This document shows, piece after piece, positions 20,902-31,067 of a stretch of DNA of 64,000 nucleotides; position 1 is the first letter of the stretch, and every line of letters starts with the position of its first letter. Under the pieces are notes generated by a model. The model did not search any database. It was given only the letters and a program-made list of their open reading frames with translations, and was not told where the DNA came from. The stretch comes from a virus. The stretch is taken from positions 1 to 64,000 of the IMG/VR virus record IMGVR_UViG_3300024520_000057, one strand, 5' to 3'. Position numbers and translations under genes: made by a program.

Positions 20902-21384
20902 GTGGACATTAAATCAATTGATATTAGGCTCATCAAATTTCATTTTATAGCAATTGGTATTTCTTTAATATTTATAACAATTTGGCAATTGGGTGAACCA
21001 TATGGATGGATTGTAGCATTTGTGGTAATGTATGCTTTCATTATGTTTTTCAAAGCAGTAAGGGATCATATCCAATTTGGGAATTTCACCCATACTAAAA
21101 TGGATTATTGGATAACTTGGTTAAAAAAGTTCCTTTTGGGCAAATATGAAAATGCACCAAAGACTTGGGATGGCTGGCACTTAATGGATGGACTCACCAT
21201 ATCATTGCCATTATGGTATATTATAGCTATAATAAATAGATTTGTTCTTGGGTGTGAATGGTATTGGACTATTATAGCATGGGTGGTTGTATGGATAGTG
21301 GTGTATCAGTATTTTAATTGGTGGTATCACCACAGATTGCCAAAAGTGAAACAAAAATGGTTTATGAGAAGCTGGAGAGATTAA
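20902..21384 (+). CDS. multi-pass membrane protein
   Basis: About four hydrophobic segments; WDGWHLMD motif. Confidence 0.6.
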   Translation: MDIKSIDIRLIKFHFIAIGISLIFITIWQLGEPYGWIVAFVVMYAFIMFFKAVRDHIQFGNFTHTKMDYWITWLKKFLLGKYENAPKTWDGWHLMDGLTISLPLWYIIAIINRFVLGCEWYWTIIAWVVVWIVVYQYFNWWYHHRLPKVKQKWFMRSWRD

Positions 21385-21494
21385 GATGGCATAGTGATTA
21401 TGGGTATTGCTTTGTGTGTTGTATTATTAAAGGTTGTAAAGGAAAATGGAAGGACAATTCACCAATTAGCTGAGGCAATAAAGGAAATGGTCAG

Positions 21495-22298
21495 GTGGAG
21501 AAAAGAATGAGAGATTGGTCAAACAAGATAGTTAGAGGCAATGTATGGGATGATTTTAGAAAAACATTTCATTTTGCAGATAGACCAGTATCAATTCTGG
21601 TTGCGACTTATAACAGACTTCCACTGCTTCAAAAATGTATTTGGAGCATAATTGCATCAACAACAGTGCCATACTCTATTGTTGTTGGAAATGATAATTC
21701 TGATGATGGAACAGAGGAATGGTTGGATGAGATGCAGGACAGGGAATTATTAGTTCATGTAAATTTTCCTGTTAATTCTGGGTCTGTTGATAATTATAAT
21801 TGGTTGGTAGGACATGCCAAGGATGAATGGTGTGTGATGATTCAGGACGATATTTATATTCATAGATGGTGGGATATTGCCTGTATGGATTTGATATTGA
21901 AAAGGCAGGATGCAGGATATGTTAGTTTTTACAACTACTCAAGAAAGTTTGATACGAAAAAATTTGTTAAGATTGATAATGAGATAATTTATAGCTATAT
22001 TACAGGACTTTCAGCAACATGGATGAAAAAGGAATTGTGGGAAACAGTGGGACATTTTAAGCTACCTTCCAGCCATACAAAGATGGGATTCTATGATTCA
22101 TTGTTTTGTGGTGAAGCAGTAAAGTTGAAATCACTTGAGCATAAGAGGAAGGCAGGATATTTTACAATACCAGATTATGCAGAAATAATGGATAGGAAAA
22201 ATCACCGACTTGGTGAAGAAGAGTATCAAATTAATAGTGGATATATAGCACACAGGGCAAAATTTAAAAAATCTGTTGGAGGAGTAGGGAATGGATAG
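21495..22298 (+). CDS. GT2-family (GT-A) glycosyltransferase
   Basis: VSILVATYNR, VGNDNSDDGT, MIQDD, FYDSLFC. Confidence 0.88.
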   Translation: MEKRMRDWSNKIVRGNVWDDFRKTFHFADRPVSILVATYNRLPLLQKCIWSIIASTTVPYSIVVGNDNSDDGTEEWLDEMQDRELLVHVNFPVNSGSVDNYNWLVGHAKDEWCVMIQDDIYIHRWWDIACMDLILKRQDAGYVSFYNYSRKFDTKKFVKIDNEIIYSYITGLSATWMKKELWETVGHFKLPSSHTKMGFYDSLFCGEAVKLKSLEHKRKAGYFTIPDYAEIMDRKNHRLGEEEYQINSGYIAHRAKFKKSVGGVGNG

Positions 22299-22414
22299 TG
22301 ATAAAATCAAAGAAGAAATAATTATCAAAACAAAAGAGTCAATGGATTATGATGACATGATTAACAGGATTGTTTTATACATATTAAATAATTACAAAAA
22401 GAAGGAGTAAAGCT

Positions 22415-22918
22415 ATGTTTTCAGGTGAGAAAATATTTGTGACTATTAATTTGAATGGTGGAATCACAGGAGTTCAAGGTGTTATTAATGCTGGGTGTAT
22501 TATTAATTATGATCCCAATCTTTTTGATCCAGATGCAGATCCTATATTGCCAAATACACAGGTGGATGCTGAAAATGGTAATTTATTTCAGGGCACTCCA
22601 AGTGTTGCTGCCAGCATTGCTAAAGATGGTGGTGGAGTTGAAATTCCAGGCAAGATAGTTGTAGCTGTGGCAGATAATGTTAATCCACCCAGCTTAGGAG
22701 CTGGAGTTGCAGCTGAGGTTGTTAATATAGCATTTACAGCAAAGCAGGTAATTACACCAGTAAGTGCTACATTTAATATTGATCCAGCAGGAAGGGAAGT
22801 CAGAACAATTAATGGAGTTGTGGCTGGAACATCATGGAATGAAATATCACCACAGATCACAGTTGAACCAATTCCTGAAGCACCAGTGGCAAGCATAAAT
22901 TTTAAATTTAGCAGGTGA
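22415..22918 (+). CDS. cohesin-like domain protein, no signal peptide
   Basis: GEKIFVTINL...INYDPNLF...GKIVVAVAD...VVNIAFTAK follows the cohesin strand pattern; AAGGAG RBS; in-frame stop at 22385 excludes an upstream leader. Confidence 0.6.
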   Translation: MFSGEKIFVTINLNGGITGVQGVINAGCIINYDPNLFDPDADPILPNTQVDAENGNLFQGTPSVAASIAKDGGGVEIPGKIVVAVADNVNPPSLGAGVAAEVVNIAFTAKQVITPVSATFNIDPAGREVRTINGVVAGTSWNEISPQITVEPIPEAPVASINFKFSR

Positions 22919-22922
22919 TGTT

Positions 22923-23465
22923 ATGAGGAAAATGGTTGTATGCCTATGGCTACTGTTATTTGTAGCTGTAGGCTTTTGTCAGTTACCAGATACACTGAAG
23001 TATGTGTATATTGAAATGGATGTGGTGGGTTGGAGAGGAGTGGAAAGAATTATTGAAATTGTTGATAATGATACATTGTTAAATATTCCCAATCCAGATT
23101 TTATGAGTCCACTTATTGATGATACCAGTGTTTTCCATTACGGAGTTCAACATTATAATTATCCAGATGGAAGCAAATTTGCCTTTGGTTTAGAATATCA
23201 ATTTGAAACTATATTTGTCACACCAGATAGTCAGTATGTCTATTGTATAAAATGGATGTTTCTTCATGGTGACTGGGATGATGATGGAATTGTTGGAGCT
23301 CCAGATTTAGGTGTGGTTGTTCAGAATATAGGAACTTTTGGTGTTCCCTATGAGGGTGCAGGGGACATAGACAGGGATGGAGCAGTGTTGGCACCTGATT
23401 TAGGATGGCAGATTGATCCAAATGCAGTTTATGGTAGAATATATACACCAACAGATTGTGATTAA
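22923..23465 (+). CDS. secreted protein with C-terminal dockerin-like duplicated Ca-binding motif
   Basis: Signal MRKMVVCLWLLLFVAVGFC|Q; GDWDDDGIVGAPDL and GDIDRDGAVLAPDL repeats. Confidence 0.7.
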   Translation: MRKMVVCLWLLLFVAVGFCQLPDTLKYVYIEMDVVGWRGVERIIEIVDNDTLLNIPNPDFMSPLIDDTSVFHYGVQHYNYPDGSKFAFGLEYQFETIFVTPDSQYVYCIKWMFLHGDWDDDGIVGAPDLGVVVQNIGTFGVPYEGAGDIDRDGAVLAPDLGWQIDPNAVYGRIYTPTDCD

Positions 23466-23468
23466 AGA

Positions 23469-24416
23469 ATGGCAAAATTGTTTCACATAGGAACATTGGT
23501 TGGTGTGAATTCAACATCAGATGGATACAGAACAAAGGGATTTAAAAAGGTATTTGATTCTGTTTATTTTTATGACTACAGAAAAAAACATAAATTTAAT
23601 AAATTATGGACACACATAGGTGATTTCAAACCAGATATAATATTCATAAACAAAGCTGAATTAATCCCTGGATGGGAAATACAAAAAATAAAGAAAAGAT
23701 TTCCAAATATATTTGTAGCTTATTATTATGGAGATTCACCAGAAGATGTCAAAGATTATGCATTATTATTAGGCAAGCAAGCAGATGTTTTGCTTGTTCC
23801 ACATTTCCATAAACAGTCCTGGAATTATTGCTACAACAGAGGTGTTAAATTAATAATAAAATATTATCCAGGAACAGATTTAGATGTATTTAAGAAAATG
23901 GATAAGGAAATAGAATATGATATTGCATTTGCTGGAACAAGAACTGATAAGTGCACAAATTCAGCATTAAGATATGATTTGTTAACTGGATTGTCTGAAA
24001 AATATAGAGTTGCTGTTGCAGGCGGTGGTGCTTGGAAAGATGTAGATGGGCTGCATTATAAAGGATTTTGTTATGGTGAAGAATTATCAGAATTTTATTC
24101 CAAGTCAAAATTTATTTTAAGCATTGATAATAACAATACATATGCTGGAATAAGCAATAGAATAATGAATGCACTTTCTTGTTCTGTGCCTGTATTGATG
24201 TATTATTTTGAAGGCTATGAATCTTTGGGATTAAAGGATGGTTATAATGTTATTGTATTTAAAGATTTCCAACACTTGCTGCTTCAGATTGAGATGTATA
24301 TGAAGTCACCAGACCTTTGCAAATCAATTGGAGAAAATGGCAGAAAATTGATATCAGAAAAACATACTTATGAACACAAAGCATTAGAATTGAAGATGAT
24401 ATGGGAAGGACATTAA
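23469..24416 (+). CDS. CgeB-like (Glyco_trans_1_2) glycosyltransferase
   Basis: YDIAFAGT, FYSKSKFILSI, SNRIMNALSC, KHTYEHKA; paralog of 39778-40755. Confidence 0.85.
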   Translation: MAKLFHIGTLVGVNSTSDGYRTKGFKKVFDSVYFYDYRKKHKFNKLWTHIGDFKPDIIFINKAELIPGWEIQKIKKRFPNIFVAYYYGDSPEDVKDYALLLGKQADVLLVPHFHKQSWNYCYNRGVKLIIKYYPGTDLDVFKKMDKEIEYDIAFAGTRTDKCTNSALRYDLLTGLSEKYRVAVAGGGAWKDVDGLHYKGFCYGEELSEFYSKSKFILSIDNNNTYAGISNRIMNALSCSVPVLMYYFEGYESLGLKDGYNVIVFKDFQHLLLQIEMYMKSPDLCKSIGENGRKLISEKHTYEHKALELKMIWEGH

Positions 24417-25627
24417 AAAAACCAACACCTGTTGGGGAATATTTCCTTGACCACTTAACAGGTGCCATAGCAAATCCAGCTGTTATTGAATCCACAGATA
24501 TTTGGAGCGATGAGATCTGGGAAGAACAGCCAGTGGATGTAGAAACATTCTGTGAAGAATTTGTTGGGGAAGGATTATTTCCAATACAGGCAGGATTTGC
24601 TGAAGAAACAATGGGTTCTAACCCAATGGTTTGGGATGATAAATATTATGGTGGAATTGCATATTGGGGAAAAGGATGTGTATCTGGTGATACTATTCTG
24701 AAAGATGAAAAAACAGGAAAAGAATATACAATTAAAGAACTTGCTGAAAGTAAAAAATCTATTTATATAAAATCTTTGAAAACTTATTTTAATGTTAATA
24801 TTAGAAAGGATAGACACCAATATATTATTAAGAAAACGGGCATTCCATTTAAAAAAGGTGTAACTGAGTTGTTCAAAGTGAGATTGAAAAGTGGTAAGGA
24901 AATTATTGTTAGCAAAGAACATAAATTTTATACATCAGATGGATGGAAGAAATTGAAGGATTTAAAAATTGGTTCAAAATTAATAACATCTGAATTGATA
25001 CAAGATAGATTAACAAGTGAACAAGAATTACAAAGAAGAAATAAAATTAGCAATACTTTGAAAGGTATTAAAAAGACACCTGAACATATTTTAAATATGA
25101 AAAATGTTGAATGCTCAAGTAGATTTAAAAATGGGCACATTCCTAATTTTACTGGTGCAGATTTAAGTGAAGAATCTAAAGATAAAATTAGGCAAAAATT
25201 ATTAGGAAAAAAATTGTCTTGTGAAACAAGAAGAAAAATGAGTATTGCTAACAAGGGAATGAAACATCACAAAGATGATTGTCTGTGTATTTGTTGTAAA
25301 ACAAAAAGAGGTGAATTTAAAGTTTATAGAAGATATAATTTACAGTATAATGGATATACATTTAGATCAAGTTGGGAAGTTAAGTTTGCTGTGTATTTAG
25401 ATGGTTTGGGTATTAAATGGGAATATGAACCTGAATCATTTAAGTTAAGTTCAGGCATTTCATACATACCAGATTTTTATTTATCAAAATATGATTTATG
25501 GATAGAATTGAAAGGATTCAGTTCATTTGATGGTAAACAGAAAATGGATTTGTTTGAAAAGGAATATAATAAGAAATTGATAATTTTATACAAGGATGAT
25601 TTGAATAGAATTGGAGTTGGTGTGTGA
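24401..25627 (+). CDS. terL: terminase large subunit N-fragment (92 aa) + split intein N-part + NUMOD3/PD-(D/E)XK endonuclease
   Basis: Extein ends YWGKG (first half of Walker A); intein block A CVSGDT at 24677; block B SKEHKFYT; NUMOD3-like repeats; FRSSWE...WEYEP...YIPDFY...IELKG nuclease. Confidence 0.88.
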   Translation: MGRTLKKPTPVGEYFLDHLTGAIANPAVIESTDIWSDEIWEEQPVDVETFCEEFVGEGLFPIQAGFAEETMGSNPMVWDDKYYGGIAYWGKGCVSGDTILKDEKTGKEYTIKELAESKKSIYIKSLKTYFNVNIRKDRHQYIIKKTGIPFKKGVTELFKVRLKSGKEIIVSKEHKFYTSDGWKKLKDLKIGSKLITSELIQDRLTSEQELQRRNKISNTLKGIKKTPEHILNMKNVECSSRFKNGHIPNFTGADLSEESKDKIRQKLLGKKLSCETRRKMSIANKGMKHHKDDCLCICCKTKRGEFKVYRRYNLQYNGYTFRSSWEVKFAVYLDGLGIKWEYEPESFKLSSGISYIPDFYLSKYDLWIELKGFSSFDGKQKMDLFEKEYNKKLIILYKDDLNRIGVGV

Positions 25628-25737
25628 TAAAATACGATGAAATTGAATCTATTGAGAGTGTAGGGGAACAAGATTTTTATGATTTGGAAGTTCCTGATAC
25701 TCATTGTTATTTTGCTCATGGGATATTAAATCATAAT
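24677..25737 (+). mobile_element. naturally split intein with homing endonuclease, in TerL Walker A
   Basis: IntN from 24677 (ORF stops 25627); IntC 25624-25737 MIKYDEI...FYDLEV...GILNHN followed by Ser; GTGA start/stop overlap with upstream GGAG. Confidence 0.88.
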
Positions 25738-27210
25738 AGTGGCAAGGATAGAACCATATCGAAAATTCAGCTGTATGTTGTTTATAAGCTTATGTGTATG
25801 AAGGATCCACAGAAGACTTTGAGGGAAGTGTATGGATGTTCAATTGGACATGGCGATGCAATTGATATTGGAAATATGAGTATCAATGCTCGTCAGGCAG
25901 TGAATGTTTATTTCAAGAAATTCAAACAAATGTTGAAGGCAGTCAGAAGTCCTGCAACAGGGAAAAATTGGTTTGCCGAAAAGGGAGTTGATTTGAGGGA
26001 TGGATATGATGTCCAAAGTGCTGAAGTTCGTTTTCCAATGAACATAACAGCTCATTCCCTCAATGGAGAAACAAATACTGGAGAAGGGCTAACTTTGTTT
26101 TTTGTTACTATTGATGAATTTGGGTCATTTCCTGCAGAGAAGGCATTTGATTTGTTGGATGCAGCCAGAGATACAGTGGAAAGTAGATTTACAAAATATG
26201 GAAAGGTGTGTGTAATTAGCTATAAATACAATCACAATGATCCGATGGATACACTTTATAACAAAGAAAAAAACAATCCTGAAATTTATACCAGCAAGGC
26301 ATCAACTTGGGAAGTTATGGTAAACAGAGAAAAGTCTGATTTTGCAAGGAAGTATTTACAGAATCCAGAGAAGGCAAAAATGACATATGAATGTGAAGGT
26401 GGGATTGAGGAAGGTGGATATGTTACAAAGAAATACATGCTTGAATATATGTTTGATGGAATGTATGTGAATCCAGTTCAGGGAGATTTAGTATCAGTGG
26501 ATGGATCTTATTTACATGCCTTGAAGTTTAATCCTAAATTCAGGGGAGTAACAGGCAGAATTTATGCAGTTCATGTTGATATGGCAAAAGGAAAAGTTGA
26601 GGAGAAGGGGGATGCTGCTGGACTTGCACTTGCTCATTGTGAACTTATGACGGCAAAGATAGATGCTGATTTGAAAAGGGAGCTGATTCATGAAGGAATA
26701 ATTTTGCCAGATACATTTTCAGAAAAATTGAAAGGCAGGAAAGGTGTGGTCATAGATTTAGCACTACAGCTTATTGCAAAGAAAAGAGCTGAAATTGAAT
26801 TTGCTGATGTTAGGAAATTTATTTTGTTTTTAAGAGATGTTCTGAAATTTAACATCAGGTTTGTAACTTTTGATGGATGGCAAAGTGTTGAGTCTATTCA
26901 GGTTCTGAAGTATCATAAAATTGTTGCTGATGTTTTGTCTGTTGACAGAAATAATGAGGCATATGATTTATGGAAAGAGTTGATGTATCAGCAATTGATG
27001 AAATGTTATCCACACCCAATTGCAAGACGAGAGGCAAGGGAATTGATAACAGCTGACAATGGCAAGATTGACCATCCTGAGAAAAGCTGGGACAGGGAAG
27101 TGATGGAGGGGATTGATAAGGGAAGCAAAGATGTAATGGATGCAATAGCAGGTGTAACAAAGAATTCGTATGATAGAATAAGCATTTCACCAACAGTATT
27201 TTTTGGATAG
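25624..27210 (+). CDS. terL: split intein C-part (38 aa) + terminase large subunit C-fragment (ATPase and nuclease)
   Basis: HN|SGKD completes Walker A; Walker B VTIDEF; nuclease HVDMA, TFDGWQS, IDHP...SKDVMDAIAG. Confidence 0.92.
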   Translation: MIKYDEIESIESVGEQDFYDLEVPDTHCYFAHGILNHNSGKDRTISKIQLYVVYKLMCMKDPQKTLREVYGCSIGHGDAIDIGNMSINARQAVNVYFKKFKQMLKAVRSPATGKNWFAEKGVDLRDGYDVQSAEVRFPMNITAHSLNGETNTGEGLTLFFVTIDEFGSFPAEKAFDLLDAARDTVESRFTKYGKVCVISYKYNHNDPMDTLYNKEKNNPEIYTSKASTWEVMVNREKSDFARKYLQNPEKAKMTYECEGGIEEGGYVTKKYMLEYMFDGMYVNPVQGDLVSVDGSYLHALKFNPKFRGVTGRIYAVHVDMAKGKVEEKGDAAGLALAHCELMTAKIDADLKRELIHEGIILPDTFSEKLKGRKGVVIDLALQLIAKKRAEIEFADVRKFILFLRDVLKFNIRFVTFDGWQSVESIQVLKYHKIVADVLSVDRNNEAYDLWKELMYQQLMKCYPHPIARREARELITADNGKIDHPEKSWDREVMEGIDKGSKDVMDAIAGVTKNSYDRISISPTVFFG

Positions 27211-27218
27211 GAGAGGAT

Positions 27219-27698
27219 ATGTTCAAACGAGCTAAAGAGGAAAAGGGAGGAATAAATGATAGACCAAAAACAAAAAGACCATCACCTCCCAAAGGACAAG
27301 GAGGTAGTCAATCAGAAATTCTAAAATTATCAGTAGCACCTGCTCCAGATGAAAATGAGGAAAAGGAACAAAAGAAGATTGATGGTGATGAAAGATTTAA
27401 AAAGGAGGAGGTGATTGGAAAGCAGTTTGATAGAAGAAATAGAAAGGAAACCAGAAGGGCAAAAAGATTAAAATTATTGCATGATTTGAAAACATTTATT
27501 CCATCATCGATTTCTGTGTTAATGTATGGTATTAATGTGATTTTAGATTATGTATTTAACCTTTTCACAATGGCTTGTATTGTTTATGTTATATATTATG
27601 GGATTGATTTTCTATTGAATGGTGGTGATATTTACAGAGCAGGAGTGTCATTGGTCTTTTTGGTTGTATTGGTTTGGATTAATGAGAAAATTCATTGA
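27219..27698 (+). CDS. membrane protein between TerL and portal
   Basis: Charged N-terminus, 2-3 C-terminal TM segments. Confidence 0.6.
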   Translation: MFKRAKEEKGGINDRPKTKRPSPPKGQGGSQSEILKLSVAPAPDENEEKEQKKIDGDERFKKEEVIGKQFDRRNRKETRRAKRLKLLHDLKTFIPSSISVLMYGINVILDYVFNLFTMACIVYVIYYGIDFLLNGGDIYRAGVSLVFLVVLVWINEKIH

Positions 27699-27706
27699 GG
27701 TGAAAT

Positions 27707-29260
27707 ATGTTAGGTTTTAAAAAGAACTTTTTTGTAAAAGCAGAAAAATTGAGTTCCATTGACTCAAGGGAAGTGCAGTTTGGTGGTGGCAAGACTGATG
27801 GTGATATTGAATATCCTGAAAAGATTTCAACACTTACATTTGCTCAAATGGATAATATGTATCTTGCAAATGTATGGATAAGGGCATGTGTTGATAAGAT
27901 AGTGGATAGGGTGTCAGATATCAATCCATTGATTAAGCCATTATCATATGGAAAAGCAGGACAGCCAACAGATCAAACCAAAAGGAATATGTTTGCACTT
28001 GGGGAACTCATCACAAAACCAAATGATAACAATGAGAGCTTTGATTCCTCATTGCGAAAGAAAGTAACAAGGGACATGCTAAAGTATGATGCTGCAGCCA
28101 TAGAGATTGTAAGAGAAACAAATTTAGCAACTGCCAAAAAAAGGATTCAAATTTATGCTGTTCCAGGAAATTCAATTAAGCTGAATGTCAATGAAAAAGG
28201 GATGTTTGATAAACAGAAATCTTATGTTCAGATTGATTTTGAAATGAAGGAAATTGCAAGCTGGGGAATGGAAAGGATAATGTATTTCATGCAGAATCCC
28301 AGATCCAATAGTGTTTATGGATTGTCTAAACTTGAGTCATTGAATCAAACAGTTACAGCTGAGTTATATGCCAGCCAGCACAATTTAGATTTTTTCTATA
28401 ATAATGCTACACCAAGATTTGCAGTGTTAGTTGAGGGAGCTGGAACAGGACAGGCAGATGCAGCAATTGAAAGATTCAGGTCATGGTGGAGAAGGGAATT
28501 GCAGGGACAACCTCATAAGCCGTTGCTGATTGCAACTGAAGAAGGAAACATAAAGTTTGAAAAGGTAGGACTTACAAATGATGAAATGCAGTTTCAGGAA
28601 TACAGTAGATGGCTGTTAACAAAGATAATGGCAATTTACGATATGCAGCCAATTGTGTTAGGTGTTGTGGATGTTGGAATGGGAAAGCTGAATAGCAATG
28701 AACAGACAAAGCTGTTTAAAAGGGATGCTGTTAGACCACACCTGAAATTGTTTTCAGAAAAATTTAATAACCAAATTGTATTTGCTAAATCTGGATTTGG
28801 GTTCAATGATATATATTTAGATTTTGATTTGGAATTGGATGATAAGAGGGAACAGGCAGAATGGCATGAAATTTATACAAGGAATGGAGTCCTTACAATC
28901 AATGAAATAAGAGTAAGGGGACTGGGGCTGAATCCTGTGCCATGGGGAAATGTTCCTTATTTACAGAATAATTTAGTTCCATTTGGAATAAATCCAAAAA
29001 CAGGGGAATCAGCTGTTCCAGTTACAGCTCCATATTCATTGGCAACACAAACTGATAATCCACCTATTGTTCCAACAGTAATATCAACAAAGACACAGCT
29101 GTTAAAATATTTAGAGGAAGGAAATGGATTTCCAGTTGGATGGGAAACAATGGATCCTGGAAAAAGACTTGAGATATTAGATGAAATTGTCAAGGCAAAG
29201 GACAAGATGTTGTCTAAAGTTTATTTATTTCCAAAAGGAAATGTAGTAGATGCAGACTGA
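27707..29260 (+). CDS. portal protein (HK97-like)
   Basis: WIRACVDKI, YGLSKLE, FFYNNATP, EMQFQE, LTINEIR; position after TerL. Confidence 0.92.
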   Translation: MLGFKKNFFVKAEKLSSIDSREVQFGGGKTDGDIEYPEKISTLTFAQMDNMYLANVWIRACVDKIVDRVSDINPLIKPLSYGKAGQPTDQTKRNMFALGELITKPNDNNESFDSSLRKKVTRDMLKYDAAAIEIVRETNLATAKKRIQIYAVPGNSIKLNVNEKGMFDKQKSYVQIDFEMKEIASWGMERIMYFMQNPRSNSVYGLSKLESLNQTVTAELYASQHNLDFFYNNATPRFAVLVEGAGTGQADAAIERFRSWWRRELQGQPHKPLLIATEEGNIKFEKVGLTNDEMQFQEYSRWLLTKIMAIYDMQPIVLGVVDVGMGKLNSNEQTKLFKRDAVRPHLKLFSEKFNNQIVFAKSGFGFNDIYLDFDLELDDKREQAEWHEIYTRNGVLTINEIRVRGLGLNPVPWGNVPYLQNNLVPFGINPKTGESAVPVTAPYSLATQTDNPPIVPTVISTKTQLLKYLEEGNGFPVGWETMDPGKRLEILDEIVKAKDKMLSKVYLFPKGNVVDAD

Positions 29261-31067
29261 TGTTATTGAGAAGCAACAAACAGATACAGAACTTTTATTT
29301 CAGTGGCAACTTCTGGAAGAGGAAAGACTTGAAGCAAGACTGCAAAAAGAATTTAAGGATGCCAAGAGCAACACACTCAAGCTTTTCAATGAAGAGTTTG
29401 TTCCACTGTATGAATTAAGCAATAAATTTTTATCCTCATCACAAGAACTCACCAGAATAGATTTTGCACCAAAGTTCAAATACAAACAAGTCGGGGACTA
29501 CAGATTCAAAGTTCACACTTTTCCAGTTAAGATTAAAGAATGGTTTGAAAAATCTCCAGGAGATATTCCACAGTCATTAATCAATGTAATTGCTGAGGTA
29601 AATCCAGATCCATTTGGAACAGCTCTGACAGACTCTGTTTTTAGGGGAGTTGATGCAGGAGGTCAAAGTGTATTCAAGACCTTTGACATTGGAATTGATT
29701 TTGCTTTACTGGATCCTAATGTTGAAAATTATTTGAGAAATTATCAGATACAACTTGCTTCAGCTGTAACAACAGAAATCTCTAATAAGATTAAATTTGA
29801 AATACTTGATGGGATAAGAAATTTCGAAAGCATTCCTGAAATCAGGGGAAGAATATTGGAAGTCTGGAACAAGCCGATTGAGGTAAATGTTTCCACTAAA
29901 ATAGATACACAGGGAAATGTTCTTAGACAAGGATACAGATATAATATTTCACCTGATAAATGGGCAACAACAGTAGCAAGAACAGAGGTGTCAAGAGCAT
30001 TTGCATCAGGAAGATTGGAATCTTATAAACAGATTGGAGTTGTTGAAAAAGTCCAGTTTATGGTTACACCTGATGAAAGGTTGTGTCCAAACTGTAATTT
30101 GATGGATGGACAAATTTTTACAATTCCAAATGCAGCAGGTTTGATTCCACTTCATGCTATGTGTAGGTGCACTTGGATTCCAGTTTTAAAGGGTGATGTT
30201 AATGCAGCAAAAACACAGGCAGCACAGAATGTAGAAAAGTTATACAAGAATGTTAAGAAGGCTGATCCATTTCAAAAAGCTGTAGATGCCAGATGGGCAA
30301 CTTTTAAGGATAAGCATGCTGGTGAATTAAAGAAAATTAAAGAGTTTAATAAAAATTTTAAAAAGCCGTTAATTAGTAAGGGAGAATTGGGAGATTTATA
30401 TATCAGGATGAATTTGTCAGCAGCATTCCAAAATGATATGATTGCAATGTATCACCAAACAATGGGAGCTGTTCTTCACAGCCAGTTTAGAGTAACAATG
30501 TTAAATTGGTATGGATCAGCAAATAGTGGTGGGGCAGGTTTGTTGAAGAATGCTGCATCTGTTCACAAAAAATCAAGTGTGTTGTATCATGACTATGAGT
30601 TTATAGACCATGACAAATCATTGATTAAATGGTTTAAGGATAATGTTGAAAGGTCATTTAAAGGAATGAGAATGGATCCGAATCATTTTCAGGATGCATT
30701 TAAGATTACTCAAATGTTTAGTGAAAAATTTTTAACAGAAGTATATGGGAAAACTATTAAATTATATAGAGGTGTTAAAGCTGATTATTTTGAAAAATTA
30801 GGTATTAAAAAAGGAAGTCTGTCAACCCATGATACACTGAATGTTGGTCAAAATTCACTTACTTCATGGACTGTATCAAAGGATGTTGCACGAGAATTTT
30901 CAAGAGGTGAGGGAAGTGCTGTTCTTGAGATTGAGGTGAATGTATCTGATATTCTCAATCACTTCATATCACCATTTGTGCCCGGCATTGAATTTGTTAC
31001 AGAGTTTGAAATGATGTATATGTCTAAAGGCATAGATACAGCAAGGATTGCTATAATTATGGAATGA
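29250..31067 (+). CDS. MuF/SPP1 gp7 minor head protein with C-terminal ADP-ribosyltransferase-like domain
   Basis: VARTEVSRA, DERLCPNC, PLHAMCRC (MuF); LYRG...SWTVS...EFE (R-S-E ART pattern). Confidence 0.85.
   Translation: MQTDVIEKQQTDTELLFQWQLLEEERLEARLQKEFKDAKSNTLKLFNEEFVPLYELSNKFLSSSQELTRIDFAPKFKYKQVGDYRFKVHTFPVKIKEWFEKSPGDIPQSLINVIAEVNPDPFGTALTDSVFRGVDAGGQSVFKTFDIGIDFALLDPNVENYLRNYQIQLASAVTTEISNKIKFEILDGIRNFESIPEIRGRILEVWNKPIEVNVSTKIDTQGNVLRQGYRYNISPDKWATTVARTEVSRAFASGRLESYKQIGVVEKVQFMVTPDERLCPNCNLMDGQIFTIPNAAGLIPLHAMCRCTWIPVLKGDVNAAKTQAAQNVEKLYKNVKKADPFQKAVDARWATFKDKHAGELKKIKEFNKNFKKPLISKGELGDLYIRMNLSAAFQNDMIAMYHQTMGAVLHSQFRVTMLNWYGSANSGGAGLLKNAASVHKKSSVLYHDYEFIDHDKSLIKWFKDNVERSFKGMRMDPNHFQDAFKITQMFSEKFLTEVYGKTIKLYRGVKADYFEKLGIKKGSLSTHDTLNVGQNSLTSWTVSKDVAREFSRGEGSAVLEIEVNVSDILNHFISPFVPGIEFVTEFEMMYMSKGIDTARIAIIME

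Noticed and set aside
25615-25635. TerL break as a pseudogene or sequencing frameshift
   Set aside because: The break falls exactly before a typical IntC, with GTGA coupling and a GGAG RBS, and all catalytic motifs are intact; read-level confirmation is still advisable
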